A stretch of DNA of 60,897 nucleotides, from assembly GCA_050633245.1 (NCBI GenBank), contig JBOEGD010000007.1, positions 1 through 60,897 on the forward strand, in the 5' to 3' direction. Positions 60,876 through 60,897 of this stretch are shown here, in pieces. The notes under the pieces were generated by a model. That model searched no databases and was not told the origin of the DNA. It saw nothing but the letters and a program-made list of their open reading frames with translations. Origin of the DNA: Calditrichia bacterium. Lineage in GTDB: Bacteria > Calditrichota > Calditrichia > RBG-13-44-9 > J075. Both the position numbers and the translations under genes were made by a program. Positions within the stretch are counted from its first letter, which is position 1. The number at the start of each line of letters is the position of its first letter.

Positions 60876-60897
60876 CGGTGATCGGTGATCGGTGATC
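60876..60897. repeat. CGGTGAT heptamer x3, running to the window edge
   Basis: cggtgat-cggtgat-cggtgat-c. Confidence 0.7.

Overview
About 61 kb of bacterial chromosome, roughly 45-48% GC by eye. Several secreted proteins end in 'NYPNPFNP...KMLLVR' Por/FlgD-Ig tails and sit among FCB-like housekeeping genes, which suggests Calditrichota or a related FCB-group lineage (inference only). Housekeeping genes are polB (DNA Pol II, cut by the left edge and missing from the ORF track), pgsA, a glpQ-like gene, a DPP-IV peptidase, recG, lolD, lolC/E, lysS, a deoxynucleoside kinase and hppD. The accessory content is: (1) a four-gene Pil-Chp/Tfp-class chemosensory operon with no CheR/CheB, under a perfect TTGACA-N17-TATAAT promoter, followed by two paralogous signal-peptide/beta-helix/TonB_C proteins; (2) three tandem ~1110-aa secreted paralogs with nearly homogenised C-terminal tails, bracketed by related repeat tracts; (3) an orphan IS1-InsA-like Zn-ribbon/HTH gene with a consensus sigma54 promoter and a long rod-like leader hairpin; (4) unusual cell-envelope fusions (M23-PEGA-beta-barrel, BTRD1-repeat RlpA); (5) an LRR, TonB-dependent receptor and UDG-like operon; (6) a possible unannotated 54-aa ORF or CsrA-type leader; (7) many compound 7/8/14-bp tandem repeats and REP-like palindromes at gene junctions. 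I found no rRNA, tRNA, CRISPR array, reverse transcriptase, integrase or complete IS element.
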